Below are positions 53,001 through 64,000 of a stretch of DNA of 64,000 nt, one piece after another (within the stretch, counting starts at the first letter, position 1; each line of letters begins with the position of its first letter). Below the pieces are notes generated by a model that was not told the DNA's origin, did no database searches, and saw nothing but the letters and a program-made list of their open reading frames with translations. The DNA is taken from NCBI GenBank assembly GCA_964016885.1, contig OZ024741.1:248062001-248126000 (forward strand), given 5' to 3'. This stretch comes from Eledone cirrhosa (taxonomy: Eukaryota). Position numbers and translations under genes: made by a program.

Positions 53001-55645
53001 CTGATTTTTTTAAATATTATCTTACCTTGGCTGGCGGGAAATTATCTCCCCTTGGACGGCTGAAAATTATCTCCCCTTGGACGGCTGGAAATTATCTCCC
53101 CTTGATTTTTTTTACAAATTATCTCCCCCTGATTTTTTTTTACAAATTATCTCCGCCTGATTTTTAAAAAAAAATTATCTCCCCTTCGCTGGCTGGAAAT
53201 TATCTCCCCTTGGACGCTGGAAATTATAGCCCCTTGGAGGGCTGGAAATTATCTTCCCTTGGACGGCTGGAAATTATCTCCCCTTGATTTTTTTTACAAA
53301 TTATCTCCCCCTGATTTTTTTTTACAAATTATCTCCCCCTGATTTTTTTTTACAAATTATCTCCCCCTGATTTTTTTTTTACAAATTATCTCCGCCTGAT
53401 TTTTTTAAAAAAATTATCTCCCCTTGGACTGCTGGAAATTATCTCCCTTTGGACGGCTGGAAATTATCTCCCCTTGGACGGCTAGAAATTATCTCTCCTT
53501 GGACGGCTGAAAATTATCTCCCCTTGGACGGCTGAAAATTATCTCCCCTTGATTTTTTTTACAAATTATCTCCCCCTGATTTTTTTTACAAATTATCTCC
53601 CCCTGATTTTTTTTACAAATTATCTACCCCTGATTTTTTTTACAAATTATCTCCCCCTGATTTTTTTTTACAAATTATCTCCCTCTGATTTTTTTTTACA
53701 AATTATCTCCCCCTGATTTTTTTTTTACAAATTATCTCCCCCTGATTTTTTTACAAATTATCTCCCCCTGATTTTTTTACAATCTCCGCCTGATTTTTTT
53801 AAAAATTATCTTCCCTTGGCTGGCGGGAAATTATCTCCCCTTGGACGGCTGGAAATTATCTCCCCTTGGAAGGATGGAAATTATCTCCCCTTGGACGGCT
53901 GGAAATTATCTCCCTTTGATTTTTTTTACAAATTATCTCCCTCTGATTTTTTTTACAAATCTCCCCCTGATTTTTTTAAAAAAATTATCTCACCTTCGCT
54001 GGCTGGAAATTATCTCCCCTTGGACACTGGAAATTATAGCCCCTTGGAGGGCTGGAAATTATCTTCTCTTGGACGGCTGGAAATTATCTCCCCTTGATTT
54101 TTTTTACAAATTATCTCCGCCTGATTTTTTTTTAAAATTATCTCTCCTTGGACGGCTGGAAATTATCTCCCCTTGATTTTTTAAAAAATTATCTCCCCTT
54201 GGAAGGCTGGAAATTATGTCCCCTTGGCTGGAAATTATCTCCCCTTGGACGGCTAGAAATTATCTCTCTTTGGACGGCTGGAAATTATCACCCCTTGAGT
54301 TTTTTTACAAATTATCTCCCCCTGATTTTTTTTACAAATCTCCCAGTGATTTTTTAAAAAAAATTATCTCCCCTTCGCTGGCTGGAAATTATCTCCCCTT
54401 GGACGCTGGAAATTATAGCCCCTTGGAGGGCTGGAAATTATCTTTCCTTGGACGGCTGGAAATTATCTCCCCTTGATTTTTTTTACAAATTATCTCCCCC
54501 TGATTTTTTTTACAAATTATCTCCCCCTGATTTTTTTTTACAAATTATCTGCGCCTGATTTTTTTTAAAAAATTATCTCCCCTTGGACGGCTGGAAATTA
54601 TCTCCCCTTGGACGGCTGGAAATTATCTCTCCTTGGACGGCTAGAATTTACCTCTCCTTGGACGGCTGAAAATTATCTCCCCTTGGACGGCTGGAAATTA
54701 CCTCCCCTTGATTTTTTTTACAAATTATCTCCCCCTGATTTTTTTTTACAAATTATCTCCCCCTGATTTTTTTTTACAAATTATCTCCCCCTGATTTTTT
54801 TTTACAAATTATCTCCCCCTGATTTTTTTTACAAATTATCTCCCCTTGGCTGGCTGGAAATTATCTCCCCTTGGAGGCTGGAACTTATCTCCCCTTGGAC
54901 GGCTAGAAATTACCTCTCCTTGGACGGCTGGAAAATATGTCTCCTTGGACGGCTGGAAATTATCTCCCCTTGGACGGCTGGAAATTATCTCCCTTGGACG
55001 GCTGGAAATTATCTCCCCTTGGATGGCTAGATATTACCTCCCCTTGGACGGCTGGAAATTATCTCCCCTTGATTTTTTTTAGAAATTATCTCCCCCTGAT
55101 TTTTTTTTACAAATTATCTCCCCCTGATTTTTTATTACAAATTATCTCCCCCTGATTTTTGTTTACAAATTATCTCCGCCTGATTTTTTTTTTAAAATTA
55201 TCTCCCCTTGGACGGCTGGAAATTATCTCCCCTTGGACGGCTAGAAATTACCTCTCCTTGGACGGCTGAAAATTATCTCCACTTGGACGGCTGGAAATTA
55301 TCTCCCCTTGATTTTTTTACAAATTATCTCCCCCTGATTTTTTTTTACAAATTATCTACCCCTGATTTTTTTTTACAAATTATCTACCCCTGATTTTTTT
55401 TTACAAATTATCTCCCCCTGATTTTTTTTACAAATTATCTCCCCCTGATTTTTTTTTTACAAATTATCTCCCCCTGATTTTTTTACAAATTATCTCCCCC
55501 TGATTTTTTTTACAAATTATCTCCGCCTGATTTTTTTAAATATTATCTCTCCTTGGCTGGCGGGAAATTATCTCCCCTTGGACGGCTGGAAATTATCTCC
55601 CCTTGGAAGGATGGAAATTATCTCCCCTTGGACGGCTGGAAATTA

Positions 55646-58600
55646 TCTACCCCTGATTTTTTTTACAAATTATCTCCCCCTGATTTTTTTTACAAATTAT
55701 CTCCCCCTGATTTTTTTTTACAAATTATCTACCCCTGATTTTTTTTACAAATTATCTCCCCCTGATTTTTTTTACAAATTATCTCCCCCTGATTTTTTTT
55801 TTACAAATTATCTCCCCCTGATTTTTTTACAAATTATCTCCCCCTGATTTTTTTTACAAATAATCTCCCCTTGGAGGCTGGAATTTATCTCCCCTTGGAC
55901 GGCTAGAAATTACCTCTCCTTGGACGGCTGGAAAATATGTCTCCTTGGACGGCTGGATATTATCTCCCCTTGGACGGCTGAAAATTATCTCCCCTTGGAC
56001 GGCTGGAAATTATCTCCCCTTGATTTTTTTTACAAATTATCTCCACCTGATTTTTTTTTACAAATTATCTCCCCCTGATTTTTTTTACAAATTATCTCCC
56101 CCTGATTTTTTTTTACAAATTATCTGCCGCTGATTTTTTTTACAAATTATCTCCCCTTGGAGGCTGGAATTTATCTCCCCTTGGACGGCTAGAAATTACC
56201 TCTCCTTGGACGGCTGGAAAATATGTCTCCTTGGACGGCTGGATATTATCTCCCCTTGGACGGCTGGAAATTATCTCCCCATGGACGGCTGGAAATTATC
56301 TCCCCTTGGACGGCTAGAAATTATCTCTCCTTGGACGGCTGAAAATTATCTCCCCTTGGACGGCTGCAAATTATCTTCCCTTGATTTTTTTTATAAATTA
56401 TCTCCCCCTGATTTTTTTTACAAATTATCTCCCCCTGATTTTTTTTACAAATTATCTACCTCTGATTTTTTTTTACAAATTATCTCCCCCTGATTTTTTT
56501 TTTACAAATTATCTTCCCCTGATTTTTTTACAAATTATCTCCCCCTGATTTTTTTTACAATCTCCGCCTGATTTTTTTAAAAATTATCTTCCCTTGGCTG
56601 GCGGGAAATTATCTCCCCTTGGACGGCTGGAAATTATCTCCCCTTGGAAGGATGGAAATTATCTCCCCTTGGACGGCTGGAAATTATCTCCCCTTGCACG
56701 GCTGGAAATTATCTCCCCTTGGCTGGAAATTATCTCCCCTTGGACGGCTAGAAATTATCTCTCTTTGGACGGCTGGAAATTATCACCCCTTGAGTTTTTT
56801 ACAAATTATCTCCCCCTGATTTTTTTTACAAATCTCCCAGTGATTTTTTAAAAAAATTATCTCCCCTTGGACGGCTGGAAATTATCTCCCCTTGGACGGC
56901 TGGAAATTATCTCGCCTTGGACGGCTAGAATTTACCTCTCCTTGGACGGCTGAAAATTATCTCCCCTTGGGCGGCTGGAAATTATCTCCCCTTGATTTTT
57001 TTTACAAATTATCTCCCCCTGATTTTTTTTACAAATTATCTCCCCCTGATTTTTTTTTACAAATTATCTGCCGCTGATTTTTTTTACAAATTATCTCCCC
57101 TTGGAGGCTGGAATTTATCTCCCCTTGGACGGCTAGAAATTACCTCTCCTTGGACGGCTGAAAATTATCTCCCCTTGGACGGCTGCAAATTATCTCCCCT
57201 TGATTTTTTTTATAAATTATCTCCCCCTGATTTTTTTTACAAATTATCTCCCCCTGATTTTTTTTACAAATTATCTACCCCTGATTTTTTTTACAAATTA
57301 TCTCCCCCTGATTTTTTTTTACAAATTATCTACCTCTGATTTTTTTTTACAAATTATCTCCCCCTGATTTTTTTTACAATCTCCGCCTGATTTTTTTAAA
57401 AATTATCTTCCCTTGGCTGGCTGGAAATTATCTCCCCTTGGACGGCTGGAAATTATCTCCCCTTGGAAGGATGGAAATTATCTCCCCTTGGACGGCTGGA
57501 AATTATCTCCCCTTGCACGGCTGGAAATTATCTCCCCTTGGCTGGAAATTATCTCCCCTTGGACGGCTAGAAATTATCTCTCTTTGGACGGCTGGAAATT
57601 ATCACCCCTTGAGTTTTTTACAAATTATCTCCCCCTGATTTTTTTTACAAATCTCCCAGTGATTTTTTAAAAAAATTATCTCCCCTTGGACGGCTGGAAA
57701 TTATCTCCCCTTGGACGGCTGGAAATTATCTCGCCTTGGACGGCTAGAATTTACCTCTCCTTGGACGGCTGAAAATTATCTCCCCTTGGACGGCTGGAAA
57801 TTATCTCCCCTTGATTTTTTTTACAAATTATCTCCCTCTGATTTTTTTTACAAATTATCTCCCCCTGATTTTTTTTTACAAATTATCTCCCCCTGATTTT
57901 TTTTTACAAATTATCTCCCCCTGATTTTTTTTACAAATTATCTCCCCCCTGATTTTTTTACAAATTATCTCCCCTTGGCTGGCTGGAAATTATCTCCCCT
58001 TGGAGGCTGGAACTTATCTCCCCTTGGACGGCTAGAAATTACCTCTCCTTGGACGGCTGGAAAATATGTCTCCTTGGACGGACGGATATTATCTCCCCTT
58101 GGACGGCTGGAAATTATCTCCCCTTGGACGGCTGGAAATTATCTCCCCTTGGATGGCTAGATATTACCTCCCCTTGGACGGCTGGAAATTATCTCCCCTT
58201 GATTTTTTTTACAAATTATCTCCCCCTGATTTTTTTTTACAAATTATCTCCCCCTGATTTTTTTTTTAAAATTATCTCCCCCTGATTTTTGTTTACAAAT
58301 TATCTCCGCCTGATTTTTTTTAAAAAATTATCTACCCTTGGACGGCTGGAAATTATCTCCCCTTGGACGGCTGGAAATTATATCTCCTTGGACGGCTAGA
58401 ATTTACCTCTCCTTGGACGGCTGAAAATTATCTACCCTTGGACGGCTGGAAATTATCTCCCCTTGATTTTTTTTACAAATTATCTCCCCCTGATTTTTTT
58501 TTACAAATTATCTCCCCCTGATTTTTTTTTACAAATTATCTCCCCCTGATTTTTTTTTACAAATTATCTCCCCCTGATTTTTTTACAAATTATCTCCCCT

Positions 58601-61600
58601 TGGCTGGCTGGAAATTATCTCCCCTTGGAGGCTGGAACTTATCTCCCCTTGGACGGCTAGAAATTACCTCTCCTTGGACGGCTGGAAAATATGTCTCCTT
58701 GGACGGCTGGATATTATCTCCCCTTGGACGGCTGGAAATTATCTCCCCTTGGACGGCTGGAAATTATCTCCCCTTGGATGGCTAGATATTACCTCCCCTT
58801 GGACGGCTGGAAATTATCTCCCTTTGATTTTTTTTACAAATTATCTCCCCCTGATTTTTTTTTACAAATTATCTCCCCCTGATTTTTTTTTACAAATTAA
58901 CTCCCCCTGATTTTTGTTTACAAATTATCTCCGCCTGATTTTTTTTAAAAAATTATCTCCCCTTGGACGGCTGGAAATTATCTCCCCTTGGACGGCTAGA
59001 AATTACCTCTCCTTGGACGGCTGAAAATTATCTCCCCTTGGACGGCGGGAAATTATCTCCCCTTGGACGGCTGGAAATTATCTCCCCTTGGAAGGATGGA
59101 AATTATCTCCCCTTGGACGGCTGGAAATTATCTACCCCTGATTTTTTTTACAAATTATCTCCCCCTGATTTTTTTTACAAATTATCTCCCCCTGATTTTT
59201 TTTACAAATTATCTACCCCTGATTTTTTTTACAAATTATCTCCCCCTGATTTTTTTTACAAATTATCTCACCCTGATTTTTTTTTTACAAATTATCTCCC
59301 CCTGATTTTTTTACAAATTATCTCCCCCTGATTTTTTTTACAAATTATCTCCGCCTGATTTTTTTAAATATTATCTTCCCTTGGCTGGCGGGAAATTATC
59401 TCCCCTTGGACGGCTGAAAATTATCTCCCCTTGGACGGCTGGAAATTATCTCCCCTTGATTTTTTTTACAAATTATGTCCCCCTGATTTTTTTTTACAAA
59501 TTATCTCCCCCTGATTTTTTTTACAAATTATCTCCCCCTGATTTTTTTTTACAAATTATCTCCCCCTGATTTTTTTACAAATTATCTCCCCCTGATTTTT
59601 TTTACAAATTATCTCCGCCTGATTTTTTAAAATATTATCTTCCCTTGGCTGGCGGGAAATTATCTCCCCTTGGACGGCTGGAAATTATCTGCCCTTGATT
59701 TACTTTTTACAAATTATCTTCCACTGATTTTTTTTACAAATTATCTCCACCTGATTTTTTAAAAAATTATCTCCCCTTGGAAGGCTGGAAATTATCTCCC
59801 CTTGGCTGGAAATTATCTCCCCTTGAACGGCTAGAAACTATCTCTCTTTGGACGGCTGGAAATTATCACCCCTTGAGTTTTTTACAAATTATCTCCCCCT
59901 GATTTTTTTTACAAATCTCCCAGTGATTTTTAAAAAAAAATTATCTCCCCTTCGCTGGCTGGATATTATCTCCCCTTGGACGCTGGAAATTATAGCCCCT
60001 TGGAGGGCTGGAAATTATCTTCCCTTGGACGGCTGGAAATTATCTCCCCTTGATTTTTTTTACAAATTATCTCCCCCTGATTTTCTTTTACAAATTATCT
60101 CCCCCTGATTTTTTTTTACAACTTATCTGCGCCTGATTTTTTAAAAAAAATTATCTCCCCTTGGACGGCTGGAAATTATCTCCCCTTGGACGGCTGGAAA
60201 TTATCTCCCCTTGGACGGCTGGAAATTATCTCTCCTTGGACGGCTAGAATTTACCTCTCCTTGGACGGCTGAAAATTATCTCCCCTTGGACGGCTGGAAA
60301 TTATCTCCCCTTGATTTTTTTTACAAATTATCTCCCCCTGATTTTTTTTTACGAATTATCTCCCCCTGATTTTTTTTTACAAATTATCTCCCCCTGATTT
60401 TTTTTTACAAATTATCTCCCTCTGATTTTTTACAAATTATCTCCCCTTGGCTGGCTGGAAATTATCTCCCCTTGGAGGCTGGAACTTATCCCCCCTTGGA
60501 CGGCTAGAAATTACCTCTCTTTGGACGGCTGGAAAATATGTCTCCTTGGACGGCTGGATATTATCTCCCCTTGGACGGCTGGAAATTATCTCCCCTTGGA
60601 CGGCTGGAAATTATCTCCCCTTGGATGGCTAGATATTACCTCCCCTTGGACGGCTGGAAATTATCTCCCCTTGCTTTTTTTTACAAATTATCTCCCCCTG
60701 ATTTTTTTTTACAAATTATCTCCCCCGATTTTTTTTTACAAATTATCTCCCCCTGATTTTTTTTTACAAATTATCTCCCCCTGATTTTTGTTTACAAATT
60801 ATCTCCCCTTGGACGGCTGGAAATTATCTCCCCTTGGACGGCTAGAAATTACCTCTCCTTGGACGGCTGAAAATTATCTCCCCTTGGACGGCTGGAAATT
60901 ATCTCCCCTTGATTTTTTTACAAATTATCTCCCCCTGATTTTTTTTTTACAAATTATCTCACCCTGATTTTTTTTACAAATTATCTACCCCTGATTTTTT
61001 TTTACAAATTATCTCCCCCTGATTTTTTTTACAAATTATCTCCCACTGATTTTTTTTTTACAAATTATCTCCCCCTGATTTTTTTACAAATTATCTCCCC
61101 CTGATTTTTTTTACAAATTATCTCCGCCTGATTTTTTTAAATATTATCTCTCCTTGGTTGGCGGGAAATTATCTCCCCTTGGACGGCTGGAAATTATCTC
61201 CCCTTGGAAGGATGGAAATTATCTCCCCTTGGACGGCTGGAAATTATCTACCCCTGATTTTTTTACAAATTATCTCCCCCTGATTTTTTTTACAAATTAT
61301 CTCCCCCTGATTTTTTTACAAATTATCTCCCCCTGATTTTTTTTACAAATTATCTCCGCCTGATTTTTTTAAATATTATCTTACCTTGGCTGGCGGGAAA
61401 TTATCTCCCCTTGGACGGCTGAAAATTATCTCCCCTTGGAAGGCTGGAAATTATCTCCCCTTGATTTTTTTTACAAATTATCTCCCCCTGATTTTTTTTT
61501 ACAAATTATCTCCCCCTGATTTTTAAAAAAAAATTATCTCCCCTTCGCTGGCTGGAAATTATCTCCCCTTGGACGCTGGAAATTATAGCCCCTTGGAGGG
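55646..61600 (+). repeat. Dispersed near-identical copy of window positions 1-~7,490, lacking the 1,531-bp duplication
   Basis: ORF offset is 55645 (300/55945 to 4203/59848), then 54114 = 55645-1531 (6333/60447, 7040/61154). Shared rare markers are TTACGAATT, GGTTGGCGGG, CCCACTGA and GATTTACTTTTT. Confidence 0.92.
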
Positions 61601-62632
61601 CTGGAAATTATCTTCCCTTGGACGGCTGGAAATTATCTCCCCTTGATTTTTTTTTACAAATTATCTCCCCCTGATTTTTTTTTACAAATTATCTCCCCCT
61701 GATTTTTTTTTACAAATTATCTCCCCCTGATTTTTTTTTACAAATTATCTCCGCCTGATTTTTTTAAAAAAATTATCTCCCCTTGGACGGCTGGAAATTA
61801 TCTCCCCTTGGACGGCTGGAAATTATCTCCCCTTGGACGGCTAGAAATTATCTCTCCTTGGACGGCTGAAAATTATCTCCCCTTGGACGGCTGCAAATTA
61901 TCTCCCCTTGATTTTTTTTACAAATTATCTCCCCCTGATTTTTTTTACAAATTATCTCCCCCTGATTTTTTTTACAAATTATCTACCCCTGATTTTTTTT
62001 TACAAATTATCTCCCCCTGATTTTTTTTTACAAATTATCTCCCTCTGATTTTTTTTTACAAATTATCTCCCCCTGATTTTTTTTTTACAAATTATCTCCC
62101 CCTGATTTTTTTACAAATTATCTCCCCCTGATTTTTTTTACAATCTCCGCCTGATTTTTTTAAAAATTATCTTCCCTTGGCTGGCGGGAAATTATCTCCC
62201 CTTGGACGGCTGGAAATTATCTCCCCTTGGAAGGATGGAAATTATCTCCCCTTGCACGGCTGGAAATTATCTCCCCTTGCACGGCTGGAAATTATCTCCC
62301 CTTGGCTGGAAATTATCTCCCCTTGGACGGCTAGAAATTATCTCTCTTTGGACGGCTGGAAATTATCTCCCTTTGATTTTTTTTACAAATTATCTCCCTC
62401 TGATTTTTTTTACAAATCTCCCCCTGATTTTTTAAAAAAAATTATCTCCCCTTCGCTGGCTGGAAATTATCTCCCCTTGGACACTGGAAATTATAGCCCT
62501 TTGGAGGGCTGGAAATTATCTTCTCTTGGACGGCTGGAAATTATCTCCCCTTGATTTTTTTTACAAATTATCTCCGCCTGATTTTTTTTTTAAATTATCT
62601 CTCCTTGGACGGCTGGAAATTATCTCCCCTTG

Positions 62633-63015
62633 ATTTTTTTTACAAATTATCTCCCCCTGATTTTTTTTTACAAATTATCTCCCACTGATTTTTTTTTACA
62701 AATTATCTACCCCTGATTTTTTTTTACAAATTATCTCCCCCTGATTTTTTTTACAAATTATCTCACCCTGATTTTTCTTTTACAAATTATCTCCCCCTGA
62801 TTTTTTTACAAATTATCTCCCCCTGATTTTTTTTACAAATTATCTCCCCCTGATTTTTTTTTACAAATTATCTACCTCTGATTTTTTTTACAAATTATCT
62901 CCCCCTGATTTTTTTTACAAATTATCTCCCCCTGATTTTTTTTTTACAAATTATCTACCCCTGATTTTTTTACAAATTATCTCCCCCTGATTTTTTTTAC
63001 AAATAATCTCCCCTT
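62633..63015 (+). repeat. Example run of type B monomers, the longest seen (14 T-tract units)
   Basis: Counted by eye: 14 consecutive GA-T(7-10)-ACAAAT units with no GACGGCTGG unit between them. Confidence 0.9.
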
Positions 63016-64000
63016 GGAGGCTGGAATTTATCTCCCCTTGGACGGCTAGAAATTACCTCTCCTTGGACGGCTGGAAAATATGTCTCCTTGGACGGCTGGA
63101 TATTATCTCCCCTTGGACGGCTGAAAATTATCTCCCCTTGGACGGCCGGAAATTATCTCCCCTTGATTTTTTTTACAAATTATCTCCACCTGATTTTTTT
63201 TTACAAATTATCTCCCCCTGATTTTTTTTACAAATTATCTCCCCCTGATTTTTTTTTACAAATTATCTGCCGCTGATTTTTTTTACAAATTATCTCCCCT
63301 TGGAGGCTGGAATTTATCTCCCCTTGGACGGCTAGAAATTACCTCTCCTTGGACGGCTGGAAAATATGTCTCCTTGGACGGCTGGATATTATCTCCCCTT
63401 GGACGGCTGGAAATTATCTCCCCATGGACGGCTGGAAATTATCTCCCCTTGGACGGCTAGAAATTATCTCTCCTTGGACGGCTGAAAATTATCTCCCCTT
63501 GGACGGCTGCAAATTATCTCCCCTTGATTTTTTTTATAAATTATCTCCCCCTGATTTTTTTTACAAATTATCTCCCCCTGATTTTTTTACAAATTATCTA
63601 CCTCTGATTTTTTTTTACAAATTATCTCCCCCTGATTTTTTTTTTACAAATTATCTTCACCTGATTTTTTTACAAATTATCTCCCCCTGATTTTTTTTAC
63701 AATCTCCGCCTGATTTTTTTAAAAATTATCTTCCCTTGGCTGGCGGGAAATTATCTCCCCTTGGACGGCTGGAAATTATCTCCCCTTGGAAGGATGGAAA
63801 TTATCTCCCCTTGGACGGCTGGAAATTATCTCCCCTTGCACGGCTGGAAATTATCTCCCCTTGGCTGGAAATTATCTCCCCTTGGACGGCTAGAAATTAT
63901 CTCTCTTTGGACGGCTGGAAATTATCACCCCTTGAGTTTTTTACAAATTATCTCCCCCTGATTTTTTTTACAAATCTCCCAGTGATTTTTTAAAAAAATT

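Larger units (their letters stand above)
15400..56930 (+). repeat. Large tandem segmental duplication: ~15.4-38.05 kb repeated at ~38.05-56.9 kb (~18.9-kb unit; first copy 22.65 kb because it contains the 3,839-bp duplication)
   Basis: ORF offsets are 22651/22650 (15750/38401 to 22359/45009), then 18867-18868 (26851/45718 to 33898/52765), then 18892-18894 (34924/53816 to 37700/56594). Rare variants are shared, e.g. GGCTGTAAATT (~27,780/~46,648), ATTACGTCC (~29,575/~48,441) and GGACTGCTGG (~34,535/~53,428). Confidence 0.92.
1..64000 (+). repeat. Composite two-monomer tandem satellite array, head-to-tail, continuing beyond both window edges
   Basis: Every line consists of variants of GGAAATTATCTCCCCTTGGACGGCT (25 bp, type A) or ACAAATTATCTCCCCCTGA-T(7-10) (26-29 bp, type B). 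No reverse-complement copy (GGGGAGATAATTT) and no unique insert was seen on the plus strand. Confidence 0.99.

Noticed and set aside
300-63993. The many short plus-strand ORFs (60-154 aa) as protein-coding genes or a repeat protein
   Set aside because: Monomer A has no plus-strand stop in any frame, giving LDGWKLSPLGRLEIISPWTAGNYLP, and 27-bp B units give DFFYKLSPP or IFFTNYLPL. The ORFs overlap in different frames, mostly start at TTG within the core, and are frameshifted by T-tract variation. The minus strand is closed by TAA in GATAAT. There is no sign of frame preservation.
1-64000. CRISPR array (constant repeat plus spacers)
   Set aside because: The core is only 16 bp, and the 'spacers' are 9-13 bp of just two recurring types rather than unique 25-45 bp sequences. 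No leader or cas genes are present.
1-64000. Canonical G-quadruplex or i-motif array
   Set aside because: The G4-5 runs on the minus strand are separated by ~21-24 nt, well beyond canonical loop lengths, so this cannot be supported without experiment.
1-64000. Low-complexity sequencing artefact or synthetic concatemer
   Set aside because: Diagnostic variants and homopolymer lengths recur in consistent, nested, tree-like patterns over tens of kb, which random error would not produce. Individual large duplications could still be misassembled.

Overview
The whole 64 kb window is one uninterrupted, single-orientation satellite array that runs off both ends. I see no genes, RNA genes, transposons or unique sequence. 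It is built from roughly 2,400-2,500 short monomers (estimate: 64 kb / ~26 bp) of two types sharing a 16-bp core, AAATTATCTCCCC(C/T)TG. Type A is core + GACGGCTGG (25 bp, ~52% GC). Type B is core + A-T(7-10)-AC (26-29 bp, ~30% GC). A and B alternate in runs of about 1-14 units, with boundary-specific variant monomers. These runs are nested into higher-order repeats (625 bp and 819/874 bp doublets, a ~6.6-7.1 kb unit) and overlaid by very recent near-exact tandem duplications (1,531, 2,872, 3,839 bp and ~18.9/22.65 kb), plus a copy of the window start ~55.6 kb downstream. All listed ORFs are explained by monomer A having no plus-strand stop codon. The most likely context is eukaryotic centromeric, pericentromeric or subtelomeric heterochromatin (inference); the organism and satellite family cannot be named from the sequence alone. 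Duplication offsets come from the ORF track and were spot-checked by eye, so breakpoints are approximate.
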